The notes beneath the pieces are model-generated. The model searched no databases and had not been told where the DNA came from. It saw only the letters and a program-made list of their open reading frames with translations. Below, in pieces: positions 47,601 to 59,433 of a stretch of 64,000 nucleotides of DNA (position 1 is its first letter; every line of letters starts with the position of its first letter). Location: NCBI GenBank assembly GCA_977016875.1, contig CDRNST010000006.1:3596001-3660000 (forward strand), in the 5' to 3' direction. A program made the position numbers and the translations under genes. The stretch is from Pavona decussata. Lineage: Eukaryota.

Positions 47601-50600
47601 TTCGATGTGGGTGGCAGTGGACCTGACCTAGGTATTAGAACGAAAGCAACAGGTGTAGAATATGATGCGAACGGTCCAAAGCTCAAAAATCCAAAAGGGA
47701 AACTACAAACAGAAATATCTAGCCCAGGTGTTGATGTTTCGACTGGCAATGTCCAAGGCCCCCCCTCTGATGGACGCTTACCATCCAGAAAGAAGGCTCG
47801 CGGAAACTGTCTGTCGTGTGCAGGAGACGCGGATAAAGACGAACCATACGGAAAATCTTCAGCAAGTACTGAGTTTAAGCTCGAAAAACCAGACATTGAT
47901 GGATCTTTGAAAATAGAGGAAGGCGGCAAATTTGATCTTGATAAGCCTAGTGTCAGCATTAATGATCCAGATTTTGAAGGAGCTTCTCCAGTAATCGACC
48001 TCCCATCAGACAAGGCCAAAGTTGGCTTTAAGTCCCCTGAATTTGACATACCAAGCATCGAAGGAAACAGAGAAGTACAAATAACTAGACCAGGGTTATC
48101 CCACGGAAAACCAAAGATATCGGGACCTTCATTTGACCCAGGAGACAAAGAGTTTGCCATCGGGGGCCCAGACCTAGACATTGATACAGCACTGGGTGAA
48201 GGAAAATGGGGTGTTTCCAAGCCAGATATCGCAGGCCCCAAAGGCAAAATTGACCTTGATGCTAATAGACCGAGTGGTTGGGGGGAATTTGATGTTGGTG
48301 ACAGTGGACCTGACCTAGGTATTAGAACTAAAGCAACAGGTTTAGAATATGACGCGAACGGTCCAAAGCTCAAAAAGCCAAAAGGGAAACTACAAACAGA
48401 AATATCTAGCCCAGATGTTGATATTTCGACTGGCAATGTCCAAGGCCCCTCCTCTGATGGACGCTTACCATCCAGAAAGAAGGCTCGCGGAAACTGTCTG
48501 TCGTGTGCAGGAGACGCAGATAAAGACGAACCATACGGAAAATCTTCAGCAAGTACTGAGTTTAAGCTCGAAAAACCAGACATTGATGGATCTTTGAAAA
48601 TAGAGGAAGGCGGCAAATTTGATCTTGATAAGCCTAGTGTTAACATCAATGATCCAGATTTTGAAGGAGCTTCTCCAGACATCGACTTCCCATCAGACAA
48701 GGCCAAAGTTGGCTTTAAGTCCCCTGAATTTGACATACCAAGCATCGAAGGAAACAGAGAAGTACCAATAACTAGACCAGAGTTATCCCACGAAAAACCA
48801 AAGATATCGGGACCTTCATTTGACCCAGGAGACAAAGAGTTTGCCATCAGGGGCCCAGACCTAGACATTGATACAGCACTGGGTGAAGGAAAATGGGGTG
48901 TTTCCAAGCCAGATATCGCGGGCCCCAAAGGCGAAATTGACCTTGATGCCAATAGACCTAATCTGGATTCTGCAGCAACAGAACCTCAATTTGGAGTAAA
49001 AGGATTACACATTGACTCACCAGAACCAGATAACCATATAGGTGATCTCCGTTTCGGTGGCAGTTTACCAAAGATATCGGGACCTTCATTTGACCCAGGA
49101 GACAACGAGTTTGCCATCAGGGGCCCAGACCTAGACATTGATACAGCACTGGGTGAAGGAAAATGGGGTGTTTCCAAGCCAGATATCGCCGGCCCCAAAA
49201 GCAAAATTGACCTTGATGCTAATAGACCTGATCTGGATTCTGCAGCAACAGAACCTCAATTTGGAGTAAAAGGATTACACATTGACTCACCAGAACCAGA
49301 TAACCATACAGGTGATCTCCGTTTCGGTGGCAGTTTGCCAGATCTTGGTGTTTCTGAAAAGAAACCAGAAATTGGACTGGACAAAAAGGCAAATGGACCC
49401 GAAAGAAAACTAGACCTTGATTTCAAAAGACCTGGCTTAGATGTTTCGAAAACAAAACCACGATTTGAAGTAAAGGGGTTAGACACCGATACATCTGATC
49501 GAGACATCAGTGATGGTGATCTTGGTTTCACCGGCAGAATACCAGATCTTGGTTTATCGGGAAAGAAACCAGAAATTGAACTGGGTATGGATGGACCAGA
49601 TAAGAACGTAATAGAACCGACGGGAAAGTTTGATTTTGATGTCAATCGACCTGGTCTAGACGATTCAGGAACAAACCCACAATTTGGAATAAAAGGATTA
49701 GATATGAACACACCAGAGCCAGTCATACCTGCTGACAATCTCCGTTTTGGTACCAGTAAACCAGATGTCAATTGGGGAGTGAAGACCTCAACACCAAAAG
49801 TACCACAGCCATATCCTGAACTAGACGTAGAGACTAAACCTCTTGATGGTAACATATCGGTGGCTAACGACTATAACTTTGAACTTCAAAGCGCCCCAGA
49901 CACATTTCCTTCATTGGATTACGAGAAGCCACGAAGTCTTCAACGCTATGATGAGATTCGCCCCGACATGGAACTGAGACTGTTGCCTCCAAAAACGACG
50001 GAACACCCAGATAACAGGTTCGATTTTAACAGCAGTCTTGATATGGAACAGAGCGGTGAGCAACTTAAGCCTGGTGAGATGACTCTTGTTAAAGTTGAAG
50101 AAAATGTCACAGTCTGTTCAGCGTCAATTGAAGAAGATGATTCTCCTTCTCCAAGAAATAGGACATTGACTCTGGACCGAGAAATTAAACAACAAATTGA
50201 AGTTGTATTCCCAGAAGAAGAGGGCTCAAACGAAAAACGGAAGATTTCAAGCAGCTCATCTTCATCTTCCCCCTCTGATGCAGATGCTGATGGAGAGAAA
50301 CCTTCAAAGCGAAAGAAAAAATCGCGACTGCTTAAGGCATTCAGAAAAAGCTCAACGAGCTCAGCATCTTCCAAGGAAGATGGAAGTACAGTTAAGAAGA
50401 TAAGAACTAAAAGAAGGTCTTCAACAAGTTCTTCCTCATCCGACGACGAGAATAAAAGAAAAAAGGACACAAAGAAAGGTTCATCTACAGATGTGGCCCT
50501 TCCAACAGCGAGAACAGAACAGAAGAAGACAGCAGCAAGTTCGTCCTCTTCCTCATCAGATGAAGCACCAGATGTAGAAATCGTGAGCTCTATAAAACGT

Positions 50601-53330
50601 CCTGAACCAGATGTCTCCTTAGACGCTGTTACCACAGACACTCCGTCCCTACGAATAAAGACCGAGAAGCCAAAGGAACGAAAGGGTTCTACTAGCTCTT
50701 CGTCTTCGGATGAGGACACTGGAAAAGAGAATACTATTCAGAAAAAAGAACCAATAGAACGTAAATCTTCGACAAGCTCAACATCCTCGACAGACAAGGA
50801 CGACTCTAAGGATATAAAGGTTTCAAAACTAACTAACGCCGCTGATGGACCAGTGGTAAACATGCCTAAAACAGTGTCCCACACAGTTAAACCAACGGAC
50901 CCAGACCTAACGATTGGGTTGAAGAAACCAGAAGACAGCACAGAACCAAAACATCGGAAAACGTCTACAAGCTCTTCATCAGATGCAGAAGTGCCAACCA
51001 ACAAGATGGCTTCTGACGATTCTAAGCCATCGATGCTGTACCAAGTAGAGTACTTCACTAACCAGCAAACGTATATTATAGAACCACATGAAGATCTGGA
51101 TAATCCAGTTTTAAGTGTTGCAGATGTCCCTAAAGAGGAGTTCCATTCCGTTGATCCCAGAGACCCAGAGTTGTCGTTCATAAAACCATCGGAGCGTAAA
51201 AGGTCAACAAGTTCGTCATCTTCCTCGGACGAGGAAGCCACTGATAAAAAGAAAGAAGATCCAGTAAGAAAACGTTCAACAAGTTCTTCATCCTCAGACG
51301 ACAGTGGTCGTGTCTCTCCTAAACTAGACACAACATTATATAGGTATGAGACGGTGCACCATATTTTGACTCCCACTTACCCCTTTGTGGATCAAGCAAA
51401 CCCCAAAATAATACAGGAACATCCAGTGGTGGTCGTTTCTCGCTCCTTCAAGAATCCAGTATCAGAAAAAATAAGCACGGTAGCAGAAGACCAAGATGAA
51501 CCACAGAATGTGGAAACCCAGTTCAGTGAACCTTCAGTGGACATGACCCACCATCTTGAATATCCGTACAATATCCCAACAGTTAGAGCGGACAGTGACA
51601 AACACGCAAAAGAAAAAGATATTGTACCCGTCGTGAAATTAAAATCAGACTTCTTAGTTGAGTTGGAGCCGGACAAAAAACCGTCAGAAGATGAAGACAG
51701 CACTGAGCATTCGAAAACAGCTGGCAAAGAAGACCGCGATTCTCCTTCACTGAACATACAAGCACATACCTTTGAGACAGTGTACCACGTGAATATGCCA
51801 GAAAATCCAGCCGTGGATGGAGATAGCTTAGAAATTCGAGAACATTCACCCATTGTGGTGTCTCGTTCAAGAATCCAGAATCCAGTATCAGAAAATGTTA
51901 GCACGGCAGCAGACCAAGATGAACCACAGAATGCGGAAGTCCAGCTCAGTGAACCTCCAGTTGACATTACCCACCATCTTGAATATCCGTACAATATCCC
52001 AACAGTTAAAGCAGACAGTGACAAACACGCGAAAGAAGAAGATATTGTACCCGTCGTGAAATTAAAACCAGACTTCTTAGTTGAGTTAGAGCCGGACGAA
52101 AAACCATCAGACGACGAAGACAGCTCTGAGCATTCGAAAACAACTGGCAAAGAGCGGGATTCTCCTACACTGAACATACAAACACACACCTTTGAGACAG
52201 TGTACCACGTGAATATGCCAGAAAATCCATCCGTGGATGGCGATAGCTTAGAAATTCGAGAACATTCACCCATTGTGGTGTCTCGTTCTATTAAAAGAAT
52301 ATCTCTTGAAGATGTTGACCAAGAAGAGGAGCCTCCATTATTTACAACCAACACAGACGTTCAATTCAGTGAGCCTAGTAGTGACTTCCAACTGGAATAC
52401 CCAGAAGGAGACAACGTTTTCACCACTGGTGAACACGATTTGAAGATGACAGATGAAAAATGGATAGTGGGCCACTCATTACAAAAGGAGGAACCAGACA
52501 TCCCAGCCCTGGTAGCTTCACTTGACCGCCCTGCAGAAAAAACTCAGCCAACTAGTGATCCCAGTAGAGATGAAGGAGACAAAGCGACATCCCCTCGTGA
52601 GAAGAGTGCTAAGGATACGAGGAGACGAAGCTCTAACTCTCGCCTTTGGGAGTTGATGCAGGGATACTTAATAGAGAAACCCATCACAGACGACGATGAG
52701 ACTAAAGCTGATGACACAGAAGTGGAAGAATGTAAGGAAGAAATAGCTAAGCCAGAACCGAAAAAGGAAAAAATAGTATCTCGCGTATCCCTTAAACCTG
52801 CAAAATTCGAAACATTGAATGCTCCAGTTCAAGTTGTTGACAAAGAACCTGCAAAAGAGGTGATCACCTCAGGTCCGAAGGTGGACGATGTCTCAAAAGT
52901 AGTACCCAGTGTTTTACAAATTGATCCTGTCGCATTTCAAGTTGATCTTGGTGGCAAAAAGGCTGAAGTTAAAGAGCATGATGCTGAGTTGAGAAGACAA
53001 CCATCGCTTCCTGTAGATGAAGACGACAATGAAGATGATCCATGGATGAGGCACTATTCCAAAGGTCTTCAAAGAGGCCAGCGCCAGCCAGCATCTACAA
53101 AATCTCCAGAAAAAGAATCAGGCTTTAGCTTCTCTAAAGTACCACACGTGAGAGGAATAAGAACCTCTGCTGACAGGGAACGTGAAAGGCCGAAATATAC
53201 CATCGAGGGACTAACTCGGATAGAGCCAAGGGCTTCTCGAAGCAGCACAGGACAAGACCAGGCTAGGAAAAACATAGACGAGGTTGGTAGACAATCGGTC
53301 AGCAGTTTACGTTCCTTTTGGGATAAATAA
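38665..53330 (+). CDS. Giant single-pass membrane protein with PDZ domain and AHNAK/periaxin-like repetitive tail (~3004 aa)
   Basis: Exons 38665-38839, 38948-39097, 43294-43703, 44294-44441, 45044-45178, 45334-53330; all GT-AG and phase-compatible; 9015 nt in total. Signal peptide plus TM (AIIASIFGTIGVLLLIAAIVALAWYCY-RRR). PDZ: RPGRGGFGLLI..LFVREVTPGGIAAKTGRIDKGDKIVGIND..HDKAMELLR. Confidence 0.85.
39100..40263 (+). repeat. ~1.15-kb interspersed repeat, copy 2 (intron 2 of PDZ gene)
   Basis: Same family as 24593-25568 with ~170 extra nt around 39620-39795. Confidence 0.8.
42436..42810. mobile_element. Partial Harbinger-type MITE
   Basis: ggcccca.tccac start with recurring tccacacta..gttttc(a/g)aa motifs. 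The right end is incomplete. Confidence 0.5.
42829..43097. mobile_element. Inverted pair of tRNA-derived SINE-like heads
   Basis: The + head at 42998 has A box TAGCTCAGCGG and B box GGTTCGATTTC. A diverged mirror copy lies on the minus strand at 42829-42922. Confidence 0.6.
44746..44889. mobile_element. Tc1/mariner-type MITE
   Basis: TA|CAGTCGAACCTCT ... AGAGGTTCCACTG|TA. Confidence 0.8.
47584..48957 (+). repeat. In-frame 687-bp (229-aa) tandem duplication in giant exon
   Basis: Near-identical units offset by 687 nt, followed by a 270-nt duplication (48798 vs 49068). Confidence 0.92.
51450..52290 (+). repeat. In-frame ~423-bp tandem duplication in giant exon
   Basis: NPVSE...HHLEYPYNIPTV...HTFETVYHVNMPENP...REHSPIVVSRS occurs twice. 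Confidence 0.9.
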
Positions 53331-55934
53331 ATAAATGGGGGCGTCGAATAAAAAAACTATTAATGATGTGGATTCAAGATTACAACTACCTTCATAAGGA
53401 TATCCTCGTCATGAAGACAAGACGTTCAAGCACTTTGAGTTACGAGAAGGTGAACATGTTCAATGAGACTGTTAAAGAAGCTCGAAGGACGGAACAAATT
53501 TGCAAACTCAATACAGATTTAATTTTAAAAATTGGTTCATGCTCATTCAAATATTCAACATACAGCTATAAGATCGGCGGTTCTACGTTTCAACTTAGCC
53601 AGTATTAAATTAAGTTTTTCTATAAATTTTAATTTTTACCCTTAGGAACTAATGTTCCTGCTATCACACCAAAGAAATGGTCAAGCTAGGGCACTTAACA
53701 TCCAACCGAAGGAGCGTTGCCGAGAGAAAAGTAGAAGCCGTGATAGATATGACCCAGTGGCTTTCTGAAAAGCAGAAAACATATATTATATCTTCACATA
53801 TTATCCAAATCATAATAATACAGCATGCCTAAATTATTTTCTGAGGCACGTTGGAATAAATGAATTTTAACATGCCTGCCGGTGCAGGGCAGCTTTACCG
53901 ATAACACATTGTGTTCTATCGTTGACGGTTGATACTTTTCAATGCCTCTTCAACTAGGCGTACAAGAAGTAGCTCTAGATAATTGAAATGCACAGAACAC
54001 TAGAAATTTGAAGTAAGTCAGTTTTTACGTTTTAACGAGGAGTTTTCAAATGATTCTCAAAGTAATAGTGGTGTGTTTAATTCATTTCAATAACTGTTAC
54101 ATTCAGTGATGTTTTGTGCCTTTGGACGCTTAGGAAACCATTGCATTATCGGAAGTGGCTTTGAAAACAACAAAACACACAAAGTTATCTAGAATGCAGT
54201 AACTGCAAGCGTTTGTTCACATCCAATGTACGGAATATTATTCTGTCTGATTGCATGTCCGTGCGTCATGCGCAAAGGACGCGTTACATCACTGACTGAC
54301 TAAGATACTAAGATTCAGTCGTTTATCAGCACGTGGCCATTGTTTGATTCAAGATATTTCGAAGACACAAGTAAGTTTTATAAAGCAATTGCGTGGGCAA
54401 AGGCAAAGAGAAAAACAACTTTTTCCTAACTTAAATGGCCTTTTCACTGATTATTTCAGTGTCTTTGAGATAAATGAAAATTCTAGCTTTAGGAAGAGCA
54501 AACTTTGAGGACTTCAAAGGGGCACCGTCCCCTGCATCTCAACGAATTAAAGCGTACCGTAATCACCAAGTACTCGAACATTTACAGGACCCGATCAAGA
54601 GTCCATAGAAAGACAAAATCAACATAAATACGTAATTACTTTGAAATTAAACCCTGTTGCACCATTGACCGTCCGGAGCAAATTGCGTGCTATTGATACC
54701 AATGTTGCTAAGGGTTCTACTTTATAATATGAGGGAATGTTCATTTTTAAGGGACGGCAACCTCTAATAAATAAAAATAACAATTTTAATTTTTTTTTTT
54801 TTATATAAACAAGTGATCGTCGCTAATGGGCCATAACGGTGAGAAAATATTTCATCTCAATGGAGACTTTTGTTTTTAGGCTAGAGTTTTTACTTTTTGA
54901 TATGGCCAAACATGTTATACGTCTATTAATAAAAAAAAGGGTCATTTGATTTGACGTTTTTTTTTTGTTGTTGCTGTTTTTCTAAGCTTATCCCCGCAAG
55001 GTGATGATGACTGAATTGAAAGTACAGAATTAGGTCAGATTAGTCCAACTTGGTCAGACGTTAGTTCGAAGCTAGAATCCAGTAAATTAGAAATAATCTA
55101 CATATTTATCCAATCTTGGACAAAGTTCGTCGAGACTAATGGAAAACGTGCATGGGTTTCTCAATTTTCCTGAAGGAAAACAGGCAAGATCGTAGAAATT
55201 CTTTCCCTCCCCTTGATTTATCAGATGATTTAACAGGCTTCTCAACTTTTATTCGCGAAAACGGTATCTAGTACACTTCTAAGAATGCAGAGTGCATCTC
55301 TCGAGACTCACTGTTCATTAATCCTTTAGATGTGAAAAACACGCGAGGTCGACTGAGGGCTCAAGTATTCACTCCTTATTACTTAGCAAACGGAAGCAAA
55401 ATAGATTTAATCGATGTCAGTATTGCAGGGATAAAAAGAACGGTATCAGATCAAAAACGAAGTTTATTACTATGCTACTCTACTGAAAAATCGTATTAAC
55501 CTAGCCTGCTCGGTCCACGTGTGGAAAAAGTGCGCTCGTTGTTTTCTTTGTTCCTCGGTCCGCACGTAAGCAAAGAAAACAGGTTACTAATTAATAAACC
55601 TGGACCTCACCTTTGGTCGGTGGCAATAATGCCGCACGGATCAGCAAGCAAAGTTTTGTGACAAGCAGTCCGCTGGTGAGGGCAAGCTTGAACTTTGTGA
55701 AAATGGGTTTTTGTGTGAACTAACATTCAACCCTGACTGTGAAAGGTACAAGTCCTTATCCCTGTGGTGTGTGGAGCAAGTATAAATACTTTACTTGCTT
55801 ACTTCTCTTGCTTTCTTTCTTGTTTTTTCTGTATGTCTCAGTTCTAGAAATTGAACAAATGTCCCTTCTAAGACAGGCATCTCTCTACAATTGACAATCT
55901 GCTCTGGCGTGGGTTTCACACGCGTCCCAAAAAC

Positions 55935-56040
55935 TAGTCTCCTACGCAGCCGGTTTGAGGCTCGTCCCGCAACACTCCTACTCACGTTTGTGGGGAGGAG
56001 CGTTGCGTGACGAGCCTAAAAACGGCTGCGTAGGAGACTA
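55935..56040. mobile_element. Short palindromic TAG..CTA MITE with 9-bp TSD
   Basis: tagtctcctacgcagccg...cggctgcgtaggagacta flanked by cccaaaaac on both sides. Confidence 0.85.
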
Positions 56041-56082
56041 CCCAAAAACTGGACCGCGGTAAAAAAAAAATAATAATAAAAA

Positions 56083-56143
<61 letters not shown>

Positions 56144-56508
56144 TTTTCAATAATAATAATCTCTATTAATATATTCCAAGTAAAATGTTATTGCGTTCGA
56201 CGAAGGAGAACGCAAGCCTAATTTCGTTTTTGCGTCCTGTGTCTTTTGAGTTGGTGTGCCTGTGTACGGCTATGCAGAACTTTTCGAGATTGCTGTAAGG
56301 ACACCCAAATAGCCCCCCGCTTGAGTTTTGCAGGGGCATGTGTCGGCCGGGAAACTGGTGCGAACTTATGACGACTCTGACCTCGTTTTCGCGCTAGAGC
56401 CAAGCCATCTTTTTAGTCCCGTTTTCGTATAAGAGTCGCCCCCTCGTTTTCGCGCTAGAGCCATCTTTTAATGTTGCTAGCGGGTCGAGTTTCACGTTTT
56501 GCGTGCTT

Positions 56509-57723
56509 GTTGGTGTGCTTGCTTGGGAGTTTGACCTTTTCTTGGCGTTTGGTGTGCTTGCTTGTCGAATTCTGGACTGTGCTTCCTGGCTGTGTGGACT
56601 GTTATCAGATAAGTTGTGTTGTTTACGCTTGAAGTTAGAGTTACTGGCATTTGGAATCTTGCGAAATTATTGCGAAAGCTTATCGATGTTCAGTTCCTTC
56701 GTTTCAGCGGGAGTGGAGTTTCACGTTCTTGCATCGCTTATGGTGTGCTGGCTGGACGGCTGTGCTTCGTTAGGGAAGTTGCGTTGTTTAAGTTAGAAAA
56801 AAATACTTTCGGGTTAAATTTGCATTTATCAACGCCTTCACGAAGTGTGTACGACTGCGAAGACACATGGATAAGTTCAGCGTAGTGTTGTTTACCCGTT
56901 TCCGCCAACTTTGTTTGCGTTTTTAATTTTGTTGGAGCGATGGATGTGCGCACGTGTATGCTCGGGCTGGAAAGAGTTCGCTCTTCAAGCGTTTTCTCGC
57001 TTCTTTCCCAATTACAAGCGAAAGTATTGTGCGTTTTTTAATCAAGGAAATGCTGTTTTCGAGGGTTTGATTCAAAAGATTAAAGCATAATTATGTGCAG
57101 CGTACTGGTTTAGCGAGGTTAAAAGCGATCGCGCGTGTTTCAATTCTCGGCTTGTGAATTATTAAACAGCGGCCAAAAAGTCGCAATATTTAAGTTTCGC
57201 TTCATTCACTGTTAAAACTGGGTTTAGTGAACAAGTTATCCAGTCATCTATCAGTGGAAGACACGGTTACAATCTAAATCAGTTGATAGAAAATGGAGAA
57301 AACGTGACATTGCCTTTTGAGATGATCTCAATAATATTTATGCAAATTTGTAACGCTACGCCGAAGATGTCTCGTGGCGGCTTTCAATGTCTGCTCAAAG
57401 GCAATGGCATATGAACGGCCACGTTAAAGTTTCCCCAGTTCCTTGCCGAATTCTACCGTAAATGTTGTACGCTTTAAAATAAGATCAATGTTTTGGCTTT
57501 TATTCCTCTATTAACGTGAAACTCAACTCCCGCAATAAACGAAGGAAATGAACATATCGATATGCTTTCGCAAGATTCCAAATGCCAGTAACTCTAACTT
57601 CAAAAGTAAACAATGCATCTTCCCTGATAACAGTCCACACAGCAAGGAAGCACACTCCAGAATTTGACAAGCAAGCACACCAAACGTGAAGAGAAGGTCA
57701 AACCCGACAAGCAAGCGCACCAA
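56509..57723. repeat. ~210-bp inverted repeat pair (56509-56727 / 57513-57723) between (AAT)n tracts
   Basis: The arms are diverged reverse complements. (AAT)n tracts lie at ~56070-56160 and ~57939-57997. Confidence 0.75.
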
Positions 57724-57938
57724 ATATCCATTATATTATAAACACTGGGTTATACAATGATAACATTTTTTTGCGATTTAAATAAACATGTGAAAAACAT
57801 CTGGCAGTTAATGTAACTTTCTTTTCCCAAATGGTCGAACGCATCTCACTAATCTCTGATTACTACTAGTTTACAGGTTAAAAGTAGCTTAAAAGTAGCA
57901 GTAGTAGGTTAAAAAAGGAAGTTAAAAGTAGTAGTATC

Positions 57939-57982
<44 letters not shown>

Positions 57983-59433
57983 TAATAATAATAATAAAAG
58001 GTCCGTTTAAGATAAGGATTTTACTTTGAAACTCAAAGCTGATAAGTTTTCAGTGAGTGTGTACGGTTTACCAAAAATGTTTCAAGTTTTTCAAAAGCGA
58101 AGTATATGGCGACTGGTCGGCGCTGTCTTTGTTTTCTGTTTCAATACGTGGCCAATTCAAACCCGGCTTCCAGGTTCTCTTGTACGACTAATTACCTCGT
58201 TTACGTCATCACTTATCCTGCAGGTTCTCATGGTTCTTGAAACTTTATCATTAGTACATCGTAAAATGATTAAGTTAACTCACAGACTCACAAAAAAAAT
58301 TATAAGCTTTGGGTTCTCAAAATACGACCACATTTGACCGCGGTTAACCCAAAAATATTAACGGAATGCACCGAGGTACTGTATTCCGGATTCCAACCAT
58401 TTGAATTCAGGAATATATAACCGTTCCCAGTACCAATAGTAAATGAGGAAGTAGTAGTTTCCTTTGGGCGCTGATAATTATTTAAAACGCACAGACGTAT
58501 CGGATTACTGTCCTTCATCAATGAAATGCGCCGTTGAACTCTATGCTCATACCGTGGGGTTGTAGGTTTCTGCAGCCAAAATTTAGACGGCCCTCCGTGC
58601 AACTCTTTCCGTGGTGTTACGTAAGCCTGCTCTCACCACAGACGCCATCATGTCTTCCGTTGTGTGACCGGGAGATCTTCACTCCGACACAAACACGGAC
58701 GATGCCTTATTCAAGACCTTTCCCTGCCACCGCTCACGATGAAAGACCTGCGTCCATACAAACCCGGCTTCCAGGTTCTCTTGTACGACTAATTACCTCG
58801 TTTACGTCATCACTTATCCTGCAGGTTCTCAGTCGTACATAGCGGGCGAAACTGGACGCAGACCCGGTGATAGTTTTTGCGACACCTGCGATTTGTCACC
58901 AATTATAAAGAAAGCGGACCTAACAGTCGCGAAACCCAACGGAAAACATGACGGTGTCCGTGGTGAGAGCAGGCTTCCGCAACACCACGGAAAGGCGTCG
59001 CGCAGTGTTTGAAACAGAAAAGTAAAAAAACAAAACGTTTAACGTGGTAAAAGTGAACACAAAGGAAGCAAATGTATACAGCGGTCGTAAAAGAAAAAGA
59101 GGGAGAGGCAAAACAATATTTAATCATTTTATGTGAAAAAAATGAGGGAACTATTACACTGCGTAATGGGATGTAAAAAAAATTTTGTTCTCCTTGTCAT
59201 TATTTTTGATGAAGGATCGAGAAACTCTTTCCGGTTTTTGACCAGCGGGGAGCCAAATAGTAATAACTGCGAACTATCCCGTAGAGAAGAGGTTCTTGTG
59301 GCTGCAACACAACCGACCTCTCCTGCAACATTGTCCAGCATTTGTTCCATTGGGTTTTGACCAAACTGCTGCTGGTGTTCTTGTCCTGTCTGCAGTGACA
59401 GCAGCGTTCTCACGTTAAGTGGCTGCAGCTGAC

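Noticed and set aside
45674-52354. Long antisense ORFs (up to 505 aa) opposite the giant exon
   Set aside because: These are shadow ORFs from codon bias and repeats of the sense frame, with no independent motifs.
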